This document shows, piece after piece, positions 19,578-27,909 of a DNA stretch of 64,000 nucleotides. This DNA is from Acidobacteriota bacterium. GTDB taxonomy: Bacteria > Acidobacteriota > UBA6911 > RPQK01 > CBDAPI01. The notes below the pieces were generated by a model. That model was not told the DNA's origin. It saw nothing but the letters and a program-made list of their open reading frames with translations, and did no database searches. The stretch lies in assembly GCA_965249245.1 (NCBI GenBank), contig CBDFLV010000004.1:95189-159188 (forward strand), written 5' to 3'. A program made the position numbers and the translations under genes. Position 1 is the first letter of the stretch, and each line of letters begins with the position of its first letter.

Positions 19578-19905
19578 GATGACGCTACAGTAATTTATTC
19601 ACCAAAGTGTCTCAAAGTTATTGACATGTTCCGTGTCCCGGTGTCAAGGAACGGCACAGAACGGTAGAGCGTTAGCTCACCGTTTCCTGACCGGAGATGA
19701 CGGGATCTCCCCTCCTTCACAGTCGGGGCTCCGTTACCAGTGTGGCAATCCGTTAGTTCACCTGAAAGAACGAGTCGGGTACTTCCTGGTTCTCGGAGCT
19801 CTGATCGAACTTCATGGTCCACTGCCAGAGCGAGGTCGATCCGGTCTTTTGCGTCGAGAACTGGACCACCCAGGTGGCCGGCAGCTTGAGTCCGCCGAAG
19901 TCCCT

Positions 19906-20095
19906 GCTAGCCCGGAAAATTCATAAGTTGTCGAAGCGAAGGGCCGCAAGCGCCGCGCTGGCAAGGCTTTACCTCCGAGGGCACCGCAGGCATAGTCGTG
20001 ACTCTGTCGAGGAGCCCGAGGAGGGGGAACGCAGCCAGGGCGGATGATGGGGGCGCTGCAGCCGACAACTTATGAATTTTCCGGGTTAGGCCCGG
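19906..20095 (+). repeat. MITE-like element (~190 bp) with ~27-bp terminal inverted repeats (gctagCCCGGAAAATTCATAAGTTGTCG ... CGACAACTTATGAATTTTCCGGGttagg)
   Basis: Perfect 23-bp TIR core at ~19910-19932 and ~20064-20086 around ~130 bp of GC-rich sequence; left 78 bp recurs inverted at 25324-25402. Confidence 0.5.
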
Positions 20096-20218
20096 TCGAA
20101 AGCAGCGCTACTGGCACACCTACCAGCACAGCGACGATTTTGCGGTTTCGGAGGTCGTAAATATTCGGTAAACCCCGTCTTGCAATAATCTCCTTCCAAA
20201 TAAGCCCGCGGTCAAACT

Positions 20219-21880
20219 TTGCTGGACACAGAAGCTGCGAGTGTGTATACAGGGAGCATGCAGCTGAGTGCTACCACCAAGCCGGAATCGGGTGGACTGA
20301 CGGCTGATGGCTCGACGAAGCGGGTTTTGGTGGCCAAGGAAGAGTACATCCGGCTGCGCTGGGCGGCAGCGTACTGGAAGGCCCAGCATGCCGGGGCGGT
20401 GGAGAGAGAAAAGCAGTTGAAGTCAGAGAACTTGAGTCTGCGGGCTCGAGTTCGAGAGCTGGAGAGTCAGCTCTGGGGGCGCAAGAGTGAACAGGCCAAG
20501 GGTGGGCGCGCTGGCAGTTCCAGCCCCAAGGCGAGCGGGCGACCCCGAGGGCAGCAAAAAGGCAAGCAGGGGCACGGTCGGACCACTCTGGACGGGTTGG
20601 CAGCCCAGGAAGAGGTAGTGGATCTGGAGGAAGCCCAAAAAAGCTGTCCGAAATGCGGTCTGGCACTGGAAGCCTTGGGCTGGACGGAAGACGCCGAGGT
20701 GGCCGAAATCGAAGTGCGGGCCCACCGGCGGGTGATCCGGCGGCGCAAGTACAAAGCGGCCTGCCGCTGCGGGGTGCTGCCCGGCATTGTCACGGCGCCC
20801 GCCCCGGCACGCTTGATTCCCAAAGGCAAACTAGGGATTTCGGTTTGGGTGGAGATTCTGCTGGAGAAGTTTGACCATTGCCGCCCCATCCACCGTCTGT
20901 TGCAGCAGTGGCGAGACCACGGTTTGACTCTCTCTGCAGGAACGGTGGCCGGAGGGCTGAAAAAACTGCAGGGTCTGTTTTTGCCGGTGGCCGAGGCGAT
21001 CGCCCAGCAGCAGCTCACCCAGGAGAACTGGCAAGCCGACGAGACCGGCTGGCCGGTGTTTGTGGCGGTGGAAGGCAAAAGCGGACGGCTCTGGCATTTG
21101 TGGGTGTTTTTGTCGGCCTCCACAGTCGTGTACCAGCTCCAACCCAGTCGCTCGTCTGCAGTGCCTCAATCTCACTTCGGCAGCGCCCAGGGCACTTTAC
21201 TCACCGATCGATATTCTGCCTATAAGAAGCTGGTCCGGGTCTCAGAGGGGCGTATTTGCCATGCCTTTTGCTGGGCTCACGTGCGCCGCGACTTTTGGCG
21301 ACTGGGCCTATCCCACCCCCCCTGGCAGGACTGGTCCCTGATGTGGATTGACGACATTGGCCGGCTCTTTGCTGCCAATCAGCTGCGGCTGGCAGTTCGC
21401 GATCAGCCCTTGGAATGGGCCCGGGCCGATCGAAAGCTGCGGGTGGCGGTTGAGAAAATGCGAGAGCAATGCGAGGCTCAACGCCAGCTTCCCAGCCTGG
21501 CTCCCCCCTGTCGCAAGGTCCTGAAAAGCCTGGCTCGACACTGGCCAGGGCTGACCGTGTTTGTGGATCAACCGGAAGTGGCTATGGACAACAACGCCGC
21601 CGAACGCGCCTTGCGCAACCCGGTGGTGGGACGCAAGAATTACTACGGCTCAGGCAGCCGCTGGAGCGCCCAGTTGGCGGCCAGCTTATTCAGCATCTTT
21701 GCCACCCTGCGACTCAACGGCCTCAACCCCCGCCTGTGGCTCAGGGACTATCTGCAGGCCTGCGCTAGGCAAGGCGGACAGCCACCACCCGACCTGGATC
21801 CTTTTCTTCCCTGGGAAATAAGCCCCCATCGTGCCCGCGCATTGACCTGGGCCAGGACGCCGGCAGCGGAGGCTGGATGA
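20219..21880 (+). CDS. IS66-family transposase (TnpC-type)
   Basis: 553 aa; zinc ribbon CPKCG...CRCG, ADETGW, HAFCWAHVRRDF, MDNNAAERALRNPVVGRKNYYGSGS, all IS66 transposase signatures. Confidence 0.9.
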   Translation: MLDTEAASVYTGSMQLSATTKPESGGLTADGSTKRVLVAKEEYIRLRWAAAYWKAQHAGAVEREKQLKSENLSLRARVRELESQLWGRKSEQAKGGRAGSSSPKASGRPRGQQKGKQGHGRTTLDGLAAQEEVVDLEEAQKSCPKCGLALEALGWTEDAEVAEIEVRAHRRVIRRRKYKAACRCGVLPGIVTAPAPARLIPKGKLGISVWVEILLEKFDHCRPIHRLLQQWRDHGLTLSAGTVAGGLKKLQGLFLPVAEAIAQQQLTQENWQADETGWPVFVAVEGKSGRLWHLWVFLSASTVVYQLQPSRSSAVPQSHFGSAQGTLLTDRYSAYKKLVRVSEGRICHAFCWAHVRRDFWRLGLSHPPWQDWSLMWIDDIGRLFAANQLRLAVRDQPLEWARADRKLRVAVEKMREQCEAQRQLPSLAPPCRKVLKSLARHWPGLTVFVDQPEVAMDNNAAERALRNPVVGRKNYYGSGSRWSAQLAASLFSIFATLRLNGLNPRLWLRDYLQACARQGGQPPPDLDPFLPWEISPHRARALTWARTPAAEAG

Positions 21881-22737
21881 AACGCTTCTGCGGGCGAGAC
21901 TTTAGCGGCCGGGAGATGCGGCGACTGTGTGAGCTGATTGGCGAAGATCCGACCCGCTCGCGGGCCCAGCTCTCCCGCTTGGCCTGCCAGCTCTTGGGCT
22001 GGTTCAAGCCTGACGGTGGCCTCAAGGAGATGAGCTGCCGGGTGGCCATGCTGCGCATGCATCGGCAGGGGTTGCTGCAGCTGCCGCCCCCTCGCAACCC
22101 GAAGGGAGGCTCGGGCCCAATCAAGCACACTTTCTGCAGCGCACCACAACCGCTGCTGTCCCGACCCGTGCACGAGCTGTCCGGCCTGCATCTGGAGCCG
22201 GTCCTGAGCCGCCCCGACTCCACTTTGTGGAATGAATACATCGACCGCTACCACTATCTGGGATACAAGCCCCTGCCGGGTGCTCAGCTGCGCTACTTCG
22301 CTTGTTCCGAAAGCCGCATCCTGGCCCTGCTCGGCTTTGGCGCCGCCGCTTGGAAAACCGCCCCTCGCGACCGCTTCATCGGCTGGCGTCCTTCGGAAAG
22401 GGAGAGAAACCTTCAACTGATCGTCAACAACGCCCGTTTCTTGATCCTTCCCTGGGTGCAGTCTAAGAACTTGGCCTCCAAACTGCTGGCCATGGCCGCG
22501 CGTCAACTCCCCGAGGACTGGCACGACCGCTACGCCTACCGACCCGTTCTGCTGGAAACCTTCGTCGACACGGGGCGCTTCACAGGCGCCTGCTACAAGG
22601 CCGCCAACTGGATCCATGTCGGACAGACCCAGGGCCGGGGCAAGCTGGACCGTGACCGCAAGGCCGATCTGCCCACCAAAAGCATCTGGCTCTACCCCCT
22701 GAGCAAACACTTCCGAAGATCGCTTCGCTCCACTTGA
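21877..22737 (+). CDS. DUF4338-like protein (286 aa; the domain also occurs in Druantia DruA); ATGA-overlapped with the IS66 transposase and inside the IS boundaries
   Basis: MKRFCGRDFSGREMRRLCELIGEDP...NEYIDRYHYLGYKPLPGAQLRYF...; DUF4338 assignment from memory of family motifs, tentative. Confidence 0.6.
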   Translation: MKRFCGRDFSGREMRRLCELIGEDPTRSRAQLSRLACQLLGWFKPDGGLKEMSCRVAMLRMHRQGLLQLPPPRNPKGGSGPIKHTFCSAPQPLLSRPVHELSGLHLEPVLSRPDSTLWNEYIDRYHYLGYKPLPGAQLRYFACSESRILALLGFGAAAWKTAPRDRFIGWRPSERERNLQLIVNNARFLILPWVQSKNLASKLLAMAARQLPEDWHDRYAYRPVLLETFVDTGRFTGACYKAANWIHVGQTQGRGKLDRDRKADLPTKSIWLYPLSKHFRRSLRST

Positions 22738-22827
22738 GTTCCCAACCCGCCTCACCCCATTAGGCATAAAGCCGATGATGGGTTTACCGAATATTTACCG
22801 GAGGTCGTCGTAAGTTATTGATTTTAT

Positions 22828-22904
22828 TGGCTCCTCAGGTTGGACTCGAACCAACAACCCTCCGGTTAACAGCCGGATGCTCTGCCAAATTGAGCTACTG
22901 AGGA
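22828..22904 (-). tRNA. tRNA-Asn (anticodon GTT), CCA encoded
   Basis: Minus-strand TCCTCAG-TA-GCTC-AATTTGGCA-GAGC-A-TCCGG-CTGTTAA-CCGGA-GGGTT-GTTGG-TTCGAGT-CCAAC-CTGAGGA-G-CCA; close to E. coli tRNA-Asn; cloverleaf checked by hand. Confidence 0.9.
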
Positions 22905-23536
22905 GCACGGCTGGCAAGGCCTGGAAATATATCGGACGCAGGCTCACCGGTCAAGGCAAGTTCCACGCCGTGGAACCGACCGGAGTTCCCTTCCTCCGAC
23001 GGCTTCCGAGCCGTTCCCGAGATGATCTGTCCAGTCACCGGGCAGGCAGAGGCGCGAACAGGCAGAGGACGTCGCAAAAGTCGAAGGAATTGACAACGGA
23101 GGGACCGTCTGATTGGCGACAGTTAGAATTCCCCGCGTGTTGCCTCATCTAAGAATCGAACCGAAACTAGAAACTTGCCTCATTGGGAATCGAACCCAGT
23201 TCAGAACAGCTTATTTCTTCCGTCTCGCAGAAACAACGGGTGGAGTGGAAGGTCGAAATGACAAGGGAATAATGTGCCGGAGTGATCACGTAAAAATGAC
23301 CCACCTTGTCAAGTAGGGTGTTGTTCTTGGTTTGAGCGAATTGTCTTGTCCGGTTCTTGGACTGCGAGAGGGGACACAGTGAGGGCGAGCCCGAATGGGG
23401 TTCCCTCTCGGCGGCCGACTCAGGTGACCCCCTTCTTGGGTTGTCCCGGGACCGTGAAGTCCCTGCTGCTGGAGATGTACGGCCCAGCGGTCGAGGCGAC
23501 ATTGCTGTGTGGCCGTCAGGGGACACTTCCCATGGC

Positions 23537-25120
23537 TCATAAGACTATTTTGACCTCGGCTGGTTGCCCCTTTGTTGGCGCACCTTCTTTTGCGAAATCA
23601 GACCCGATTTCAGAGAACGTTGGCTCTACACGGGAGATCTCGGCCTTGTAGAGTTGTTCTCTTCGCCAGTCCCTGACGCGGCGCTGCAAAGTTCGCAGCT
23701 GCCCATCAAAGAATCGACAGGGATGGCGTTGTTGAAGCCGAATGAAAAGCGCTTTGGCTGTTTGAGCGGGATTGACTTCCAGTTGGACACGAACCTCTGG
23801 CCAGACTTCAACGAAAGGATCCTCCCGGGTCCTCCAAGTCCGGGCAACCTGGGGCTTCTTCGTCCGCCGATATCTCCTGATTTGGTTGGATTCTGGTGCA
23901 GCACTGATCTCAGCAAGGTACTTCCTGACAACAGCATCCATCTCTCTAGGGGAGCCGTTTCCCTCCGGTTCTCTTTGTCCGTTGGCAAAGGTCCAAAAAT
24001 GGTCCTGTCTTCGCTCGAGTTCTTTGAGTAACGTGACTGGATCCAGCTTCCTGTACAGGTCTTTGATGGGTTCTATTTTTCTCTTGGTGAGACAATCAGA
24101 GGCTAAGATTCGCTGGTAAGGAGTTTGAGCCCGATCGTAGCGTTTCTTGACGCGTGCACCCCGGCGTTGCTTCTCGATTAGCTTCATCGAGGGCTGAAAG
24201 AAGTTCACGTAGAGGCGCAGAATCTCGTAAAGCTGAATCAGGGCTCGCCAGGCCCCCAGACCCGTGTAGCGATCGTAGCCAATCAGCCGTCTCACGATCG
24301 AACCATTCTTCTCCTCAACGAAGGCCTGATCGTTCTTTCGACCCACCCGGGAACGAGTGAAAGTGATCTGCTCTCTTTGGCAGTAACGGAGCATCTCATA
24401 GTTGATGAATTCGCTTCCGTTATCCGTGTCCAATCCGAGAAGAGGAACCGGGAGCCGCCCACGCAGGCAGTTGAGAGATCCGATCACATCGGCTTCGCTA
24501 CGCCGTAGCAGCGCCACGCATTCGGTCCAGCCCGTTGCGACGTCCACCAGGACCAGAGTGTGTAGGAAACTGCCTGCAGCACTCTCGCCGCAGTGAGCCA
24601 CAAGGTCGGCTTCGACAAAACCGGGTTGAAGATCATCCCAGTCAGCGAAGGTTCGGACCTTGATCTGCTTCTTGAGCAAGCTTCCTGGTCGGGTCGTACT
24701 GACACCGTGCCGGCTGCTTCTTTCGGAAGCCAATAATCGATCAGCGGTAGCTGGGCTGATCGCTAGCAGCCTTCGCCTAACATCAGGCGGCAAGGATAGA
24801 TGACCGTTCCTCTCCATAACTTCGATCAACTCGGGAACAAAGGGGACCAGTCTCTTTGCGCAGATCCGGTTGGCCGTTGTCCAAAGAGTCACCAGTGCCC
24901 GCTTCACCCGGTCATCGTATCGGGCACGGCGGGGCCGCGACGAACTGGCCCTGCTCGGCGGATTGTTCAACAGGGTAATCGCATGTTTGCGACCGTAGCC
25001 GGTTGTCGCGACCAACTGATCTACAATCTGGCTCTTGATCCCTTTGCGGGCCGATGCGTAATCCTCAGCGGTACGCGTCAACAATTCTCGGCGCAACTCC
25101 AAACTCAACTTCTTCTTCAA
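23537..25120 (-). CDS. DDE transposase/integrase (rve core, N-terminal HTH; IS481/ISNCY-like) with a C-terminal domain homologous to the IS21 IstA N-terminal region
   Basis: 527 aa; DDE region LVLVDVATGWTE...LGLDTDNGSEFIN...KNDQAFVEEKNGS; C-terminus ARTWRTREDPFVEVWPEVRVQLEVNPAQTAKALFIRLQQRH...FDGQLRTLQRRVRDWRRE ~50% identical to IstA N-terminus ERYWRTRSDPFESVWPEVKEILKRSPTVEAKAVFDHLCRQQ...QQGQLRTLQRRIKQWKAE in this window. Confidence 0.8.
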   Translation of the reverse strand: MKKKLSLELRRELLTRTAEDYASARKGIKSQIVDQLVATTGYGRKHAITLLNNPPSRASSSRPRRARYDDRVKRALVTLWTTANRICAKRLVPFVPELIEVMERNGHLSLPPDVRRRLLAISPATADRLLASERSSRHGVSTTRPGSLLKKQIKVRTFADWDDLQPGFVEADLVAHCGESAAGSFLHTLVLVDVATGWTECVALLRRSEADVIGSLNCLRGRLPVPLLGLDTDNGSEFINYEMLRYCQREQITFTRSRVGRKNDQAFVEEKNGSIVRRLIGYDRYTGLGAWRALIQLYEILRLYVNFFQPSMKLIEKQRRGARVKKRYDRAQTPYQRILASDCLTKRKIEPIKDLYRKLDPVTLLKELERRQDHFWTFANGQREPEGNGSPREMDAVVRKYLAEISAAPESNQIRRYRRTKKPQVARTWRTREDPFVEVWPEVRVQLEVNPAQTAKALFIRLQQRHPCRFFDGQLRTLQRRVRDWRREQLYKAEISRVEPTFSEIGSDFAKEGAPTKGQPAEVKIVL

Positions 25121-25206
25121 TCTGTGACCTCCTCATCAAGTTTTCGGTTCGATTCTTGATGAGGCAACGGTATGCCATCAGTTCGATTTTGGATGAGTCA
25201 ATGCGG

Positions 25207-25252
25207 TGGGGATTTCCAATCGTCGCTGCGGGAATTCTATTTGACGTTGATC
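25207..25252 (+). repeat. Solo IS21-family right terminal repeat (IRR), 48/48 identical to 37135-37181
   Basis: gtggggatttccaatcgtcgctgcgggaattctatttgacgttgatca; no istAB nearby. Confidence 0.7.
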
Positions 25253-25323
25253 AACCGTCAGAGAGGGGAGAATCATGACTCCAATTCTCACAGTAGTTTA
25301 AGAGTTCTCCCGTGGCTAACGCT

Positions 25324-25402
25324 CTGCCCTCGGAGGTAAAGCCTTGCCAGCGCGGCGCTTGCGGCCCTTCGCTTCGACAACTTATGAATTTTCCGGGCTA
25401 GC
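25324..25402 (+). repeat. 78-bp perfect inverted copy of the left part of the MITE-like element (19906-19983)
   Basis: gctctgccctcggaggtaaagccttgccagcgcggcgcttgcggcccttcgcttcgacaacttatgaattttccgggctagc is the reverse complement of 19906-19983. Confidence 0.65.
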
Positions 25403-25429
25403 TGAAAAGTGAAACTGAATCCTGGGCAA

Positions 25430-27721
25430 TCACAGACTTTCCAGGATGAAATCGGTCATCATCCGACGCAGGTGGTGGACCTGTGCAGCGCCCTGGACGC
25501 CGTGGCGCGACTTGGGGTAGATCATCAGGTCGAATTGCTTGCCCGCTTCCTGGAGCTCGTAGACGAACTGAAGGGTGTTCTGCATGTGAACGTTGTCGTC
25601 CATGGAGCCGTGGATGATCATCAGCTTGCCGTGCAGGTTGGCGGCTGCACCCTTCACGGAAGTTGTCTTGTAGCCCTCGGGATTCTTCTGAGGGGTGCTC
25701 ATGTAACGTTCGGTGTAGATGGTGTCGTACAGGTGCCAGTCCGTGACCGGAGCCCCCGCAATTCCCAGCTTGAAACTCTGGCTGTGGGTCAGGGCATAGG
25801 CGGTCATGTAGCCTCCAAAGCTCCATCCCCAGAGGCCGATCCGGTCGCCGTCGATCCAGGAATGCGCCTTGAGAAAGTTGAGGCCGTCCTCCAGGTCGCG
25901 CAGTTCCTGCTCCCCGAAATTTCGATACAGCGGCCAGGTTGACTCGGCGCCCTTGCCACTGGCCGTCCGGTTGTCACAGATCCAGATGATGTATCCCTTC
26001 TGGGCCAGCAGCTGATGCCACAGGTATGTCGTTCCACCCCAGGAGTTGCGGACACGAGGAGAATTGGGCCCACTGTAGGTATGCGACATGACCGGGTATT
26101 TCCTGGACGGATCAAAGTCGGATGGCTTGATCATGATCGCCTCCATGACAAAACCGTCCCGCGCCGTCACCTGGTGAAACTCGGGCTGACTCAACTTGTA
26201 TCTGGCCAGCTTCTTCGCGGGCTTATCGAAAATGGTCTGAACTTCGCGACCTGCGGAGTCGTTCAACCGCACCTGGGTCGGAGTGTCAATATCGCTCCAG
26301 CGGTCGAAGTAGAGTGTGAACTGGCTATTGAACGTGGCGCTGTGTGTGCCCTCTCGCTGGGAAAGCCTGTGCGGACGTCCGCCTCTGAGCCGCACGCGGT
26401 AAATATCCTCGGCGATGTGAGAGCGCCGGGTTGCAGAGAAATAGACCCATCCTCCCGCATCATCCACACCGTGGAGCGAGCGGACCTCCCAGTCTCCCGA
26501 GGTCACGGTGCCCAACAGCTCGCCGGTGGCTTTGTAGTGATAGAGATGGCGCCAGCCGCTGCGCTCGCTTTGCCATAGAAAGGATCCGTCCTGAAGCCAG
26601 GCAGGCTGGTCCAGCACGTTCACCCAGGCTTCCGTGCTCTCCCGCAAAAGCCGGCTCACCCGGCCCGTCCGGGGATCGGCCAGGTTGAGATCGAGCCAGG
26701 TCTGTTCTTTGTTCTGGATCTGGAACACGACCTGGCTGCCATCCCCATTCCACCCCACTCGGACGACCAGCAGATCCTCGGGCGAGTACTGGTGAAGATC
26801 GATCCAGCGGGTCCGATTTCCAGTGCTGGACACCACACGCAGCCGGGGAAGGGGGTTGGGATCTCCCGCCTTGGGATAACGCGTCACTTCCTGTTCCAGG
26901 TGTCGGGGCATGTGGTCGACCACCGTAAAGCTGGGAACAGGTGATTCATCCAGCTGCAGGCAGACGATGCGGCTCGAGTCAGGGCTCCACCAGTAGCCTT
27001 TGAAGTCGCCGCGGCCGTAGATTTCTTCCTGGTAGACCCAGTCGAGAATGCCATTGAGAAGGTTCTCGTGGCCGCCCCTGGTAAGACGGTGTTCCCGGTT
27101 GTTCCGCAGGTCGAAGACATACAGATCGTAGTCTCGTATATAGGCCACTTTCCGTCCGTCCGGGCTGAAGGACGGCTCGCGTTCCTCCTGGGGCGTGCTG
27201 GTCAGACGCAGGGCCCGGTTGCTGTCAAAGTCGTAGTAGAACAGATCGTCTTCATAGCGCCACAGGACTGCGGACTCCACGGGACTGAAGATCGGGCGCC
27301 CCTTCCTTCTGAGCTGGCCGGCCTTTTCCTCATCGAAGCCCTCCAGGCGGATCAGAGCCGCGGTCACTTTCGCGCTGTCGTAAAGGGGAGAGGTCTCCCC
27401 GCTGCGGGCGTGCACGCGGATCAGTCGGCGCACTCCTGATTCTCGGTCCTTTTCGGTCTGAACGTAATGCTCTCCATCCTTTAGCCAGCGCAAAATGGAA
27501 GGGGGGGAGGGGGTGAACTTCACCTTGTTTTCGGGGTGAAACAAATCATCCAGAGTGAGGAACTGCCCTTCCTGGCCCAGGGTCGTTCCGGTGATCAAGA
27601 ACAGCAGGCCTACGAGCCTGATGTTGAAGGTTGAAAGTTGAAAGTTGAAAGTTGGACGTCGCTGGGCAAGCGTCGAAGGTTGGGAGAAGGCTTTGAGTTT
27701 CTCTACAAGCGGAATTCGCAT
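25430..27721 (-). CDS. Dipeptidyl-peptidase IV-like serine peptidase (S9B: N-terminal beta-propeller + alpha/beta hydrolase), secreted; start assumed at ATG 27719-27721
   Basis: 795-aa ORF; DPP4 N-domain motifs, S9 catalytic GWSFGGYMTAYAL, C-terminal D and H; long N-region then signal core RLVGLLFLITGTTLG. Confidence 0.85.
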   Translation of the reverse strand: MRIPLVEKLKAFSQPSTLAQRRPTFNFQLSTFNIRLVGLLFLITGTTLGQEGQFLTLDDLFHPENKVKFTPSPPSILRWLKDGEHYVQTEKDRESGVRRLIRVHARSGETSPLYDSAKVTAALIRLEGFDEEKAGQLRRKGRPIFSPVESAVLWRYEDDLFYYDFDSNRALRLTSTPQEEREPSFSPDGRKVAYIRDYDLYVFDLRNNREHRLTRGGHENLLNGILDWVYQEEIYGRGDFKGYWWSPDSSRIVCLQLDESPVPSFTVVDHMPRHLEQEVTRYPKAGDPNPLPRLRVVSSTGNRTRWIDLHQYSPEDLLVVRVGWNGDGSQVVFQIQNKEQTWLDLNLADPRTGRVSRLLRESTEAWVNVLDQPAWLQDGSFLWQSERSGWRHLYHYKATGELLGTVTSGDWEVRSLHGVDDAGGWVYFSATRRSHIAEDIYRVRLRGGRPHRLSQREGTHSATFNSQFTLYFDRWSDIDTPTQVRLNDSAGREVQTIFDKPAKKLARYKLSQPEFHQVTARDGFVMEAIMIKPSDFDPSRKYPVMSHTYSGPNSPRVRNSWGGTTYLWHQLLAQKGYIIWICDNRTASGKGAESTWPLYRNFGEQELRDLEDGLNFLKAHSWIDGDRIGLWGWSFGGYMTAYALTHSQSFKLGIAGAPVTDWHLYDTIYTERYMSTPQKNPEGYKTTSVKGAAANLHGKLMIIHGSMDDNVHMQNTLQFVYELQEAGKQFDLMIYPKSRHGVQGAAQVHHLRRMMTDFILESL
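27621..27655 (+). repeat. Tandem octamer array (GTTGAARG)x4 inside the DPP4 N-terminal coding region; inverted partner at 29559-29603
   Basis: atgttgaaggttgaaagttgaaagttgaaagttgg; encodes TFNFQLSTFNI on the minus strand. Confidence 0.6.
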
Positions 27722-27909
27722 TTTTTTGGACTCGGACGTTCTAAGTAACAGGTGCCGACTGTAAGACATTTTGAAGAACTGGAGATTTGGCAAAGAGCGC
27801 GCGCGATAACGAATCATATTTATGAATTGACATCAAAGGACCGTTTCAGGACAGACTTTCCACTTGGGGATCAAACCGGGAAATCCGCTATCTCGATTAG
27901 CTCGAATAT

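Larger units (their letters stand above)
18028..19614 (+). mobile_element. IS3-family insertion sequence (~1.59 kb) with imperfect terminal IRs TGAGACACTT...AAGTGTCTCA; no clear TSD
   Basis: orfA/orfB in 0/-1 frames; left end tgagacacttcttcccc (~18028), right end ...accaaagtgtctca (~19614). Confidence 0.8.
20157..22798 (+). mobile_element. IS66-family element (2.64 kb): 19-bp perfect terminal IRs GTAAATATTCGGTAAACCC, 8-bp TSD CGGAGGTC on both sides; carries one IS66 transposase plus a DUF4338 passenger gene
   Basis: IRL at ~20157-20175 (gtaaatattcggtaaacccc), IRR at ~22780-22798 (gggtttaccgaatatttac); cggaggtc precedes IRL and follows IRR; GTAA termini and 8-bp TSD are IS66 hallmarks. Confidence 0.8.

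Noticed and set aside
22738-23536. Integrative island at tRNA-Asn (integrase or direct repeat of the tRNA 3' end)
   Set aside because: No integrase gene and no duplicated tRNA 3' segment were found by eye; the tRNA-adjacent DNA is accounted for by IS66 and rve-transposase elements
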